DNA of 57,020 nucleotides from a virus (Duplodnaviria; Caudoviricetes): IMG/VR virus record IMGVR_UViG_3300032018_000006, positions 1 to 57,020 of that record; one strand, 5' to 3'. Shown piece by piece: positions 48,337 to 57,020 of this stretch (position 1 is its first letter; each line of letters starts with the position of its first letter). The notes under the pieces were generated by a model. It saw only the letters and a program-made list of their open reading frames with translations, ran no database searches and was not told where the DNA came from. The position numbers and the translations under genes were made by a program.

Positions 48337-48573
48337 TTATCCCAGATCGGCATTTTTCCAGCACCAACGGCAGCCGTTATACTTGTACTTTTTGATGTAC
48401 TTCATGGCCGTTCCTCTGGTGACATACTCACTATTTTTATCTGAAATCAAATCAATATGGCAGTTTACGTGCTTATTATTGATGCGGTGAATCTCCTTAC
48501 TCCTGTGGTTCACCAGATAACCAAATCCGAAGAAAATCAGGAAAATTTGTCCGAAAGTCAAGCTATTATCCAT
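48337..48573 (-). CDS. Small hypothetical protein
   Basis: EIH...C...CRWC possible metal site. Confidence 0.55.
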   Translation of the reverse strand: MDNSLTFGQIFLIFFGFGYLVNHRSKEIHRINNKHVNCHIDLISDKNSEYVTRGTAMKYIKKYKYNGCRWCWKNADLG

Positions 48574-48579
48574 GATATT

Positions 48580-49236
48580 TTATTTAGAGATAAATATTCC
48601 AAGCGCAATTCCAATAGGACCGGTAATCCACCATTTTTCAAACAATCCCTGCTTATGCATTACCACAAAACTGTTTCCTGAAATTACCGAAGCTTTGGGG
48701 TCAGTCAGTTTCATGTTTAGTATCGTTCCCTTTTTATTGGTTGTTGGAGTCACGTCTATCCCAACTTTATAGATGTAATCAAAATCAATATTATCCTTGA
48801 AGATTGTTCCATTTGAAACGAACATGAATTTATTACTCCACGGGGTAAAGTGCCGCACGTATAATGAATCTTTTGTCTGTGCCGGTGTAATGGGGTCAAT
48901 TGGTGTAGAAACATGTCCAGAGGCCTCTAATTCGCCCTGAAGAAATCCTACAACATCTTTCAGCTTAATATTTTCATCCCTCAGTTTCTTTCGATCAATG
49001 CCAAGCTCTTCAAAAGCAGCTTTTACATTGTCTTTTTCAATTTCAACGGCTTTTATTCTGAATTGCAATTGGCCTGATTTTGTTTTATAAACTGAAACCG
49101 AATCATTAGCAACTGACAGCTCAATATTTGCGATCTGCAAATCGTCCTGAGTCTTTTTCAGTTTAATTGCCGAGTATCCTAATGCAGCTAAGACTAATGC
49201 AAAAACTATCACAATAGGAATCCAGTATTTTTTCAT
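48580..49236 (-). CDS. Putative spanin-like lysis protein
   Basis: N-terminal TM, coiled coil, C-terminal hydrophobic tail; downstream of endolysin. Confidence 0.55.
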   Translation of the reverse strand: MKKYWIPIVIVFALVLAALGYSAIKLKKTQDDLQIANIELSVANDSVSVYKTKSGQLQFRIKAVEIEKDNVKAAFEELGIDRKKLRDENIKLKDVVGFLQGELEASGHVSTPIDPITPAQTKDSLYVRHFTPWSNKFMFVSNGTIFKDNIDFDYIYKVGIDVTPTTNKKGTILNMKLTDPKASVISGNSFVVMHKQGLFEKWWITGPIGIALGIFISK

Positions 49237-49421
49237 TTGTCAGGTTTTACAAGTTCGTTTTCAGCAAGCCACATCCGACAAATTCCTGTGCCAAAAGTGA
49301 CTAAGTATTCAAAATAGTTTTCCCTTCGGAAGAAACGCCAGTCTATTACTATCCCTTTCACATTATGATCGCACACATGGTAAACTGGCGCATCAATATC
49401 GTATGTTGGAGTAATATTCAT
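49233..49421 (-). CDS. Small hypothetical protein
   Basis: Coupled ORF in the lysis module. Confidence 0.55.
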   Translation of the reverse strand: MNITPTYDIDAPVYHVCDHNVKGIVIDWRFFRRENYFEYLVTFGTGICRMWLAENELVKPDK

Positions 49422-50260
49422 TAGATAAATCTTGCTATTGCGTGAATCTTCATCGGATCACGTTTTAAAATACAAACCTCGCCACCCGTCCGGCTTAATC
49501 TCTGGTTCGCGTTTCCTTCACCAGTCTTAAAATAGCCCGATTTGTCCGTTTCAAGATAGAAACATCCGTGTCCAACCCTTTTCAGGTTCGAAAAGTAAAT
49601 AGAGATCACATCTCCTGCCAATGGCTGAATGCGCTGGTTTTTTGGTGTCCAGATAATGTCCTTTGGCTGTGCGTAGTTTGGGCTCCATGCCGAACGTGGA
49701 TTTTGCACACCAACGGCTGAAAGATCGTAACTCACCCACGCCACGCACCAGTATGCCGGTTTATAAATTCCGACATGTGCCAGAAACTTTCTGATTTCCG
49801 GAGAATCATTTTCTGTTACCTCATGTATTCCAACCTGAGATTGCACCAATTTGACCAGCTTAAGCCTTGCTTCGTTCTGTTGCGGTGTCTGCGCCCTCGA
49901 AAGCGATACAGTGGCAACGAAGGCCAGAATCATCAGTATTTTCAATGCCCAATTTAGTTTATCTCCAATGGGCAGTTCATCCCATCCGTGGTAAACTGAT
50001 TCCCGAATAAATTTGTACGCTTTAGGGAAAATAATCCGATATCCAACCCAAATCAGGATCAATGCCAAAACATACTTCATAATGCAATAAACCAGCGTTT
50101 CTGTTTGGCTTGGCAGGTTGAAAAATCCGGCTTCAGGATTTGTTTTTGAATAGTGCAAATTGATTGCAACGAATGCAGAAAGGAAAACGACAATTGCCGA
50201 AAACTCCTCTTTATATTCCCAATTCCAGAACCAGTTAATAAATTTTTGTAGTGTTTTCAT
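49421..50260 (-). CDS. CHAP/NlpC-like endolysin with N-terminal membrane region
   Basis: YWCVAWV, GHGCF and GEGN catalytic pattern; three hydrophobic segments in the first ~120 aa. Confidence 0.8.
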   Translation of the reverse strand: MKTLQKFINWFWNWEYKEEFSAIVVFLSAFVAINLHYSKTNPEAGFFNLPSQTETLVYCIMKYVLALILIWVGYRIIFPKAYKFIRESVYHGWDELPIGDKLNWALKILMILAFVATVSLSRAQTPQQNEARLKLVKLVQSQVGIHEVTENDSPEIRKFLAHVGIYKPAYWCVAWVSYDLSAVGVQNPRSAWSPNYAQPKDIIWTPKNQRIQPLAGDVISIYFSNLKRVGHGCFYLETDKSGYFKTGEGNANQRLSRTGGEVCILKRDPMKIHAIARFI

Positions 50261-50661
50261 CCCTTTATTTTGTTTAAAATCGATTCGAATAATTCAAATC
50301 CGGTGAGTTTGGCGAATGTCATGTATGAACTCGATAGCTCCCTGAATCCGACCAATGCGGCAATGGCTTTTGTGAAGTATAAGTCCAATCCGTTCAGCAG
50401 GTATTTTTCGTAAACGAATGTTGACATGATGACTGACATGTAGATCAATACCTTTATGAAAACCTTATTAAAAGCTTTCCAACTGAAGCATTTTTTTACA
50501 ATTGCATAAGTAACTCCAAAGACCTGATCAATCGCAATGAGGAATAGTACTGCGTGAAATATCAATCTTGCATCAATAAAAATGCTTAAAACAAGGATAA
50601 ATAATCTGGCGATGAAGTCACAAAAGGTATCAATTCGATCTTGGAAAGCATCAATAAACAT
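50257..50661 (-). CDS. Holin
   Basis: Multiple TM segments with LIAID..FG and ELSS motifs; upstream of endolysin. Confidence 0.8.
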   Translation of the reverse strand: MFIDAFQDRIDTFCDFIARLFILVLSIFIDARLIFHAVLFLIAIDQVFGVTYAIVKKCFSWKAFNKVFIKVLIYMSVIMSTFVYEKYLLNGLDLYFTKAIAALVGFRELSSSYMTFAKLTGFELFESILNKIKG

Positions 50662-50794
50662 GGCAGTTCATTTTTTGGTTTTTTCTAAAAACTCCTGCAC
50701 TCCTTTCAGAGTACAGGAGAAAATCAAGTCACAAATTAAAAATCATTCACACAACTGTAAAATATAATGTTCAGCGTATTTTCACCTAAAAAGA

Positions 50795-50819
50795 AAAGCG
50801 CTCCGGAGTGGAACGCTTT
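50795..50819 (-). terminator. Probable terminator after tail-fibre genes
   Basis: AAAGCG.TCC...GGA.CGCTTT stem with minus-strand T run. Confidence 0.5.
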
Positions 50820-50838
50820 GAAAATTGATGTGATAGTT

Positions 50839-51243
50839 TTATTCCTCCTTTACAAACTCAACCCACAACCCATAAACCACTTGAATAAAGTAATCGACTC
50901 CGGTGGATATGCTTTGCTGGTAGTCTGATTGATCCTGCCAGTTTGCCCCGAAAATTGCAGGGCGATTATATAACCGATCCCAATCTCCTGGGGAGTTATC
51001 AACCTTAAAACCGTGCTTTTTCAAATAGGCAACTGCTTTTGCATGAAATGCAGCATTGTCAATTACGGCCTGATTTTCGGATTCTATTTTTTGTTGCTCA
51101 ACCCATTTTGCCGAAGCAATTTTCAAAGCATAGTGATTCGAGATATGGGTATTCTTTTGAGTTGTAGTCATCGCAGACCAGTTCAATGTTTTCCATGTTT
51201 CCTCGAATGCGATAAGTTCTGGTGATTTTATTTCTTGTATCAT
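50839..51243 (-). CDS. Hypothetical protein
   Basis: ORF track. Confidence 0.6.
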   Translation of the reverse strand: MIQEIKSPELIAFEETWKTLNWSAMTTTQKNTHISNHYALKIASAKWVEQQKIESENQAVIDNAAFHAKAVAYLKKHGFKVDNSPGDWDRLYNRPAIFGANWQDQSDYQQSISTGVDYFIQVVYGLWVEFVKEE

Positions 51244-51252
51244 AGTCTGTTT

Positions 51253-51888
51253 TTAAAAAAATCCTTTAACTCTAGCATATTCATTTTTTATTCTTGCTTC
51301 AGTCCATATTGTATTATCGATTTTAAACTCATCAATACCGCCATTAAAATACCCGCTTCTGCCTGCATGATTATTATACGAATAAATCCCAATTGCATTA
51401 TCCCCCAGTGTATTGAGATAACTTTGATTTCCGCCCCTGTATTGATTAATAACCCGTATACTATCAACATAACCGTATAAATATCCTGAAGTAGAGTCAT
51501 AAGCATATATGACATGGTGCCATTTTGCTGGTGGTAAAACCCCTGCAATACTTAAAAATTCAGTGAAAGATGTAGTACTTGTTTTTATGTATACGTCAAG
51601 TTGCCCAGTTGCCGTTATTCCAATTACTGCAAATGCTGAGGCACTTTCACTATATATCGTCACTCCTGCTGCTGAGGCCTGTCTAATCCAAGCCGATACA
51701 GTTAATGAATTTCCACCTTTTGCTGAATTTGGGAGAATTATATAGCTTGATGTTCCATTAAATCCAGCACCATTGCCTAATTTACCATTTGCAAGCAAAT
51801 AAGAAATTTCCGTATCAGTTCCGTTATTACCTCCCCCGGATGCATCATTACTGTTTCCATTAAACCGATAATATGCCTTAATTGCCAT
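51253..51888 (-). CDS. LamG/concanavalin A-like domain protein
   Basis: AYYRFNGNSND, TVSAWI, WHHV and FNGGIDEFKI motifs. Confidence 0.88.
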   Translation of the reverse strand: MAIKAYYRFNGNSNDASGGGNNGTDTEISYLLANGKLGNGAGFNGTSSYIILPNSAKGGNSLTVSAWIRQASAAGVTIYSESASAFAVIGITATGQLDVYIKTSTTSFTEFLSIAGVLPPAKWHHVIYAYDSTSGYLYGYVDSIRVINQYRGGNQSYLNTLGDNAIGIYSYNNHAGRSGYFNGGIDEFKIDNTIWTEARIKNEYARVKGFF

Positions 51889-51900
51889 AGTTCAAAGTTT

Positions 51901-52671
51901 TTAAAATGCTGTGAAAATTGCTTGTGGCACAATGTACAATCGTGCCTGAAAATCGGCTGCAAAGTTGGTAGCTCCACCACACGACATAACTCTCAGGCTA
52001 ACATCCTCACCTGCCGAAATGGATTTGATGGTTGGAATCTGCGATCTCAACACGCGATTTGTTGTTAGGTCTGGCGCAGTACTGAACAGTGCCGTCGTAT
52101 TCTTGTAGATATTCATTGTTAACGCCGCGCCTGTTCCCGATGCTGCTGTCCAAGCGGAGAAATCGACACAAATTAAATAACTATCTACTTTTGTGTCCTG
52201 ATGCCACCAACCTTGTGAATACGAAATATCTGCTGTTACTTGTCCGGGTATCTTAATGTCTTTTTGGTAATCTTCGATTTTTCGATTATAAGCTACCTTG
52301 AAATCCTTATCACCAGCGGCTAATGAATCTCCAACAACTGTTGCCGTAATCGTTCCAGAACTATTTACAGAAGAAAGAATAAATCCAGTCTTACGCGTTG
52401 TGCCAGCAGAATCGGTACAGGTAAAAAGACTCAGTTGAGTTAATTTCACATCTTTATCTAACCCGGGGAAGGTAAATGTACTCGCGCTGGCATAACTTCC
52501 GGTTAGGGCTGTCCAAATTCCACCTCCACCAACGGCAATATCTCCCGAACCCAACACGGACACCCCATCAATTGTCTTGATGTTTGTCCCGGAAACAAGC
52601 GTTGCCTGCTTACCTTTTACCTCAGTTGCGATGCGGGTTGCAAGTGCTGAGATGTAAGTTGACAGGCTCAT
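51901..52671 (-). CDS. Tail fibre-associated protein
   Basis: KQATLVSGTNIKTIDGVSVLGSGDI fibre motif; N-terminus similar to the neighbouring gene. Confidence 0.7.
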   Translation of the reverse strand: MSLSTYISALATRIATEVKGKQATLVSGTNIKTIDGVSVLGSGDIAVGGGGIWTALTGSYASASTFTFPGLDKDVKLTQLSLFTCTDSAGTTRKTGFILSSVNSSGTITATVVGDSLAAGDKDFKVAYNRKIEDYQKDIKIPGQVTADISYSQGWWHQDTKVDSYLICVDFSAWTAASGTGAALTMNIYKNTTALFSTAPDLTTNRVLRSQIPTIKSISAGEDVSLRVMSCGGATNFAADFQARLYIVPQAIFTAF

Positions 52672-53357
52672 AATAACCCAGCTTCAAAAGTTGCCACGAA
52701 ATCAGTTGCCGGATCTCCAATCTCTGTTTTGGTATAAGCATCGGTAATACCAAACCCGGCAATGGTTGTTGGCTTAGTTGCCAAATTGGCAAATGTAGTT
52801 GCATGAGGATTCGTTCCATCTGCAATCTGACTGTGATCGTATGCAGTTTTTCCCCTGTCGCCACGATAGGCAGTCACCGATGTTTCACCAAGGGCAAGAG
52901 ATCCATTCATGGCTACATAGCTGCTACCACCCCAACGGTACTGCATATTCGATGTCGTATCGATGTAAATAACCGAAATCGACGGAGTGACTACACCATT
53001 GGCAACTCCCGGATTTCCGGCTGCTGTAAACGTTGTTGAATTGGTTAATGTACCTTCAACAATATCATCGACATAACCCGGAAGGTTGGCGGCTGGTACT
53101 TTCGAATTAGCATCCAGCGGGGCATAGCCGTTCGCCGCTCCTTTGTTTGCTGTATTTTCAGCTGTAAACCCTAAACTGGTTTGTTTTCCAGCGATAGAAG
53201 TTACCAGCTCGTTGATAGCTGCTAAAATAGATGTTTTAGCCGTAGTTGTGAGTCCAGAAAGATCACCCGATGTGTTGCCTGAAATCTTACTTTTTACTGT
53301 TTTAAATTCGGTTGCAACCCTTGTTGCTAAACTTTGAATTGTTGATGCTAAGCTCAT
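52668..53357 (-). CDS. Tail fibre-associated protein
   Basis: LTTTAKTSILAAINEL, NKGAANGYAPLD, LGETSVTAYRGDRG and KPTTIAGFGITDA fibre motifs. Confidence 0.75.
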   Translation of the reverse strand: MSLASTIQSLATRVATEFKTVKSKISGNTSGDLSGLTTTAKTSILAAINELVTSIAGKQTSLGFTAENTANKGAANGYAPLDANSKVPAANLPGYVDDIVEGTLTNSTTFTAAGNPGVANGVVTPSISVIYIDTTSNMQYRWGGSSYVAMNGSLALGETSVTAYRGDRGKTAYDHSQIADGTNPHATTFANLATKPTTIAGFGITDAYTKTEIGDPATDFVATFEAGLL

Positions 53358-53377
53358 AATCAATGTATTTTAAAAGT

Positions 53378-53596
53378 TTATACTAATGCGTTTTGAAATA
53401 TTTGAACCAAATCTCCTACGTCGTAGGTGTCAGTGTCCATAACTGAATATGCAAGCGAGTTCCACGCGGAGACCCCATCACCGACTTTCCGTTTTCGGGT
53501 GTCTTTTTCAAAGCCTTCCTCTCCATCTGCCAGAATTGGATTAGTAGCTGTCCAGTTTGCTGCGGTATCTCTTCTAATTTGAATTTGTATTGCCAT
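53378..53596 (-). CDS. Mtd-N/hyaluronidase-N-like fibre domain protein
   Basis: IQIRRDTAANW...NPILADGE...KVGDGVSAWNSLAY. Confidence 0.8.
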   Translation of the reverse strand: MAIQIQIRRDTAANWTATNPILADGEEGFEKDTRKRKVGDGVSAWNSLAYSVMDTDTYDVGDLVQIFQNALV

Positions 53597-53961
53597 TATG
53601 CTGATCCTCCATCAATAATTTGCGTGATTAAATAAATTGAAGATGCTGAGCCTCCGTCAAGGTTTCCGAATCCATTACTTTCATTGTTTCCCCCACGTAA
53701 ATCACCTGTTTGAAAAGTGGATGAATCTGTAAAAACAATGCTTAGTTTTCCGGTTTCTGAGTCGTACCCAGTTGATAAAATACCTTTTCCAGTCTGACCA
53801 ATCGAGCCGCGAATGTCAGGAGTCTGAAAGGTTGATTCATCGTCGAAAGTGATCGTTAAAACACCGGTTTCCGAATTGTAGCTGGTTCCTGAAATCCCAT
53901 TGCCGGGTATTCCCTGTAATCCTTGTATTCCTGTGTGTAATTTCCTTGCTCTTCCGCCCAT
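53596..53961 (-). CDS. Fibre-like protein with short collagen-like stretch and tandem repeat
   Basis: GIQGLQGIPG; two copies of GI..T.Y.SETG.L.I.F.D.STFQT.D.RG. Confidence 0.65.
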   Translation of the reverse strand: MGGRARKLHTGIQGLQGIPGNGISGTSYNSETGVLTITFDDESTFQTPDIRGSIGQTGKGILSTGYDSETGKLSIVFTDSSTFQTGDLRGGNNESNGFGNLDGGSASSIYLITQIIDGGSA

Positions 53962-53964
53962 GTC

Positions 53965-54162
53965 TTAATTTTTATAGATCAATATTTCAATTTCAATATT
54001 CTTGTTTTCAAATTCAGTAGGTTCAAAATCGTATATTAAACCCACTCCGGTCAATTCCTTGCTGAATATTCGGACATTTCCCTGTATAATTTCGACAGCT
54101 TTTAATGCCAAAGACCTAACCAGATCAAAATCCTTTTTCCGTTCATTAATGCAATTACACAT
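53965..54162 (-). CDS. Small hypothetical protein
   Basis: ORF track. Confidence 0.5.
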   Translation of the reverse strand: MCNCINERKKDFDLVRSLALKAVEIIQGNVRIFSKELTGVGLIYDFEPTEFENKNIEIEILIYKN

Positions 54163-54164
54163 AG

Positions 54165-54974
54165 CTATTCACAATTAGCGTATTCAACTTTCCGGTAAAA
54201 TGGCGGGTTTCCCATGCATTCTACAAGGGCATACTCAGAATCAATCGGGTAGCCGTTTGTTCCTAAATTGGTGTATTTACCCACCATGTTTTTAGTACTG
54301 AAAATGGTAACAGCATCTAAGTCGGGCACGTTACTAATTGCCATTAACTGGCTTGGGCTTGCATCGTAAATTTCGGCAGCAATAGCAGCAACCAACGTAT
54401 AGTTTATACCTATGATTTCCATTACATGCAGCCCCTTTTTTATTGTGACCGGAAATACATGCCAATAACGAAAGGCCTCTTCTACGTTTGCAGTCCATTT
54501 TATAACTTCAACACTATCAATTCTAACAGTTGCAAAATTATCGACACCAAATCCGACTAAATAAGTCTTAGTAGTCGGAATATTAATGCAAACAGAAAAT
54601 CCAATCTGCTGATAATTTGAATAGGTTTGAGACCAGATAGCACATCGATTATAAGCACCATCAACTTCGTTTTGTAAAATGTTTCGCCAAAATGGATTAT
54701 TCGTGTACAGAGTCTTGCTGCCAGCTCCATTCAATCCAAATCCTGGATTATATATGTATGTTCCATTAATGTTCGATTTCCAAAGAAAAACCTTAATTAG
54801 CCTAAGTGCTGTAAATGTTGGTGGCTGAATGGTTGGTTTTGTTGAGACTTTTTCGCATTCTTCGCCATTGGCTGTAAACCCTTCAGGACAGTTGCAACCG
54901 TCATCCGGAAGTTCGTTTTGAGCCGCTGCCCAAAGCATCGAATATTGAAGTGTCCAGTCGCGTAAATTGATCAT
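54165..54974 (-). CDS. Putative virion/receptor-binding protein
   Basis: Cys-rich CNCPEGF start; beta-sandwich-like GVDNFATVRID. Confidence 0.55.
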   Translation of the reverse strand: MINLRDWTLQYSMLWAAAQNELPDDGCNCPEGFTANGEECEKVSTKPTIQPPTFTALRLIKVFLWKSNINGTYIYNPGFGLNGAGSKTLYTNNPFWRNILQNEVDGAYNRCAIWSQTYSNYQQIGFSVCINIPTTKTYLVGFGVDNFATVRIDSVEVIKWTANVEEAFRYWHVFPVTIKKGLHVMEIIGINYTLVAAIAAEIYDASPSQLMAISNVPDLDAVTIFSTKNMVGKYTNLGTNGYPIDSEYALVECMGNPPFYRKVEYANCE

Positions 54975-55870
54975 AGCGAAATGTTATAAATGACTGCCAT
55001 ATTAATTACTGATCCATCGTACCAGTAAGCCACAATATCATGACTTGCCGCAATTCCTGTAAGTTTTACCTCAGAAGCTGCTTTGTATGAATTAAAGGCT
55101 ATTTGTATGGTTGCCCCTGCGAATGACAGAGTACGCCCACCCAAAGCATCCTGAGTTACTTTAATATGCCCGGTATCGTTTGCTTTCAAATTACTGAAAG
55201 TGATGGTTGTATTTCCGGTGAGAACTATTTTAGCCCCACGGCCTAAATTCAGGTTAAATTCAGGCGTTAAACCCGAAAGGTTCTGAACGGCTTCGGTTGG
55301 TAACGGGTGATAACCACGCGCTGCCTCTTTATTCGTGCCGTAGTATTTAAGCGGCTCTGGCGAAAGTTGATCGTTAACCAATTTCACCGGAAGTTCCTGT
55401 GTACCATCGCCCGTAACCGACATGGCCGTTTCAATATCAGGAAATTCATACGGTGGACAAATCTCATCACCCAAATCAATCTCAATTTCTAGTCCTTTCG
55501 GTGTGCCTGTTCCAATAAACTCACGAATTGGCCTTTTGCCGTCGGTCGTGTCCCATGTTTCAATTGGCGAAGTTTGAATAAATATTTCGCCTGCATTGTA
55601 AGGAGATAGCCAGTAATCGGCACCATCAACAAATTCGCCGGGAAGCAAACCTCCGGTGATGTACCGGAAATGATCAGCGTCAATAACCGCATAAACTATT
55701 CCAATAGTTCCAGCATGTGCTCTGGTATCAGCTTTTGAAAGTATCCATAGTCCGGTTATGCCATCGCGCTTGATGCAGTTGCCAAAGATGAATCCATGAC
55801 CTATTTGGGTGATAACAAGTGTCGAATCACTTGAGCCATTTCCAGCTCCGCCAAATCTCCCTTTTCTCAT
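54971..55870 (-). CDS. Tail fibre/structural protein
   Basis: ITQIGHGF N-terminus and LTGNTTITFSN...VTQDALGGRTLSF C-terminal fibre motif. Confidence 0.65.
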   Translation of the reverse strand: MRKGRFGGAGNGSSDSTLVITQIGHGFIFGNCIKRDGITGLWILSKADTRAHAGTIGIVYAVIDADHFRYITGGLLPGEFVDGADYWLSPYNAGEIFIQTSPIETWDTTDGKRPIREFIGTGTPKGLEIEIDLGDEICPPYEFPDIETAMSVTGDGTQELPVKLVNDQLSPEPLKYYGTNKEAARGYHPLPTEAVQNLSGLTPEFNLNLGRGAKIVLTGNTTITFSNLKANDTGHIKVTQDALGGRTLSFAGATIQIAFNSYKAASEVKLTGIAASHDIVAYWYDGSVINMAVIYNISL

Positions 55871-57020
55871 AACACGCCCTCCGTAATATTTACTGTAATT
55901 CGAATGTCAGCAGTCGGAACCAGTTTTGCGAAAACCTGCACATAACCAGCCTCAGAAACCGTTTCCGGGAAAAATCCAGCCGCTTTGACTAGCTCAATAT
56001 CATCGTTAAGAGGTATCACATCAACGATCGACGTATCCCTTATTTTTGGGTTTTCATACGTGTAGCTGAAAATATCGCCATCTGCAACCCATTTGTCAAC
56101 CTTTAAAACCTGATCCTGAACCTGCAAAACCTTGCCAGATTCAACAGTTGGAATGATGTTGGTGTATTGAAAAATAACCGAATCAATCAACAAATTCATT
56201 TCATTTGGCCAGCTTCCTTCCAGGCTGAATTTAAACGCATCCAGTTTATTTTGTGTCAGGATAAAGTTTGAATACGGGATGGCTACGAGCTGGTATTCTT
56301 CCGTGTTCGAAACATTGAAACCAAACAGATCATTCTGGGCACTTACGGCACATTTTCCCGTTTTAATAGCTCCCTTATAGGCTTCAATCAAAAGAATGCT
56401 GTTGCTTTTCCATGCTTTTGAAGTCTTCATCCGGAAGGACAGTATTCCATCAATCACCGTTATTTCTGATGGCGATGTAAAAACGGTATTGGTTTCTTCA
56501 GGAGCGTAGGTGGTTAATGAACTTGAAACTGTATCGTCAAATTTTCGGATAGCACGGACATTGCGACGTTCATTCTTATCGCGGGTGTACATGACTCCAT
56601 TATCCCAATGAATCATTCTTGCTGTATCCCATTCACTCTCTGTCGATGTCCAATAGTCTCGGGTCGGGTTGAAATTTCCAACCTCATACCGACGATTCCA
56701 AAGCGCCTGCATTTCCCTTTCAGAACCTATAAACCAGTCACTGAAACCAGCAATAACCAATTCATTGACGTATTTTATCGCTTGAGCTGCCGCCGCCGGT
56801 GTGGCAAGCATAGCGGCTGAATTGGCCTGTCCGGAACCAATCGACGCGTCACGCCCGTTCGTGCTATAAATCGCATAGCCCGACAACCGCGACCAGAACA
56901 CGTCAGTAACCGTGTCGTTTTTGGCGGCTATCAATCCTTTTTTACCATCAGAGGCCGGATCGATCCAGAAAATTATTCCGCCCTGGTATTCTTCGCCAAT
57001 TTTATGCACGGTTGACGTTT
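55867..57020 (-). CDS. C-terminal part of the large tail protein, containing a DUF1566/Lcl-like C-type lectin domain
   Basis: IGEEYQGGIIFWID...GLIAA...DWF...YWTSTE...VRAIRKF; in frame with 1-2206. Confidence 0.8.
   Translation of the reverse strand, partial: TSTVHKIGEEYQGGIIFWIDPASDGKKGLIAAKNDTVTDVFWSRLSGYAIYSTNGRDASIGSGQANSAAMLATPAAAAQAIKYVNELVIAGFSDWFIGSEREMQALWNRRYEVGNFNPTRDYWTSTESEWDTARMIHWDNGVMYTRDKNERRNVRAIRKFDDTVSSSLTTYAPEETNTVFTSPSEITVIDGILSFRMKTSKAWKSNSILLIEAYKGAIKTGKCAVSAQNDLFGFNVSNTEEYQLVAIPYSNFILTQNKLDAFKFSLEGSWPNEMNLLIDSVIFQYTNIIPTVESGKVLQVQDQVLKVDKWVADGDIFSYTYENPKIRDTSIVDVIPLNDDIELVKAAGFFPETVSEAGYVQVFAKLVPTADIRITVNITEGVL
56877..57020. repeat. Terminal direct repeat, copy 2
   Basis: 143/144 identical to 1-144. 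Confidence 0.97.

Noticed and set aside
32055-57020. Diversity-generating retroelement acting on the FISUMP or DUF1566-like domains
   Set aside because: No reverse transcriptase ORF and no template/variable repeat pair were seen.

Overview
The window is an apparently complete, circularly permuted ~56.9 kb temperate siphovirus-like phage genome. Bases 1-144 repeat at 56877-57020 with one mismatch. TAnnTTTG promoters and the gene families point to a Bacteroidota host. An intact attP (3' half of tRNA-Val flanked by arm repeats) shows it is the excised form. The minus strand carries integrase, a replication block (DnaN, PRTRC-type ubiquitin-like cluster, DnaA-C domain, initiator, DnaB), a sigma-like factor, then packaging, head, tail, fibre and lysis genes. 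The plus strand carries the Cro/early, recombination and methyltransferase genes. The top finding is at 18105-19454: a Cas7/RAMP-like gene and a wHTH-like gene followed by a non-coding array of four units of GGY-NN pentamers separated by GGTCAGAGGY. Reading only the NN dinucleotides of one unit as codon positions 1-2 spells the Walker B region of a terminase related to, but not identical to, this phage's own TerL. That suggests an RNA-guided, wobble-skipping system aimed at competing phages. Other notable items are an attC-like cassette array with no integron integrase, a MuF-fused nuclease with a convergent structured sRNA, and a tRNA-like RNA lacking an anticodon loop. All family assignments come from motif recognition by eye; no searches were run.
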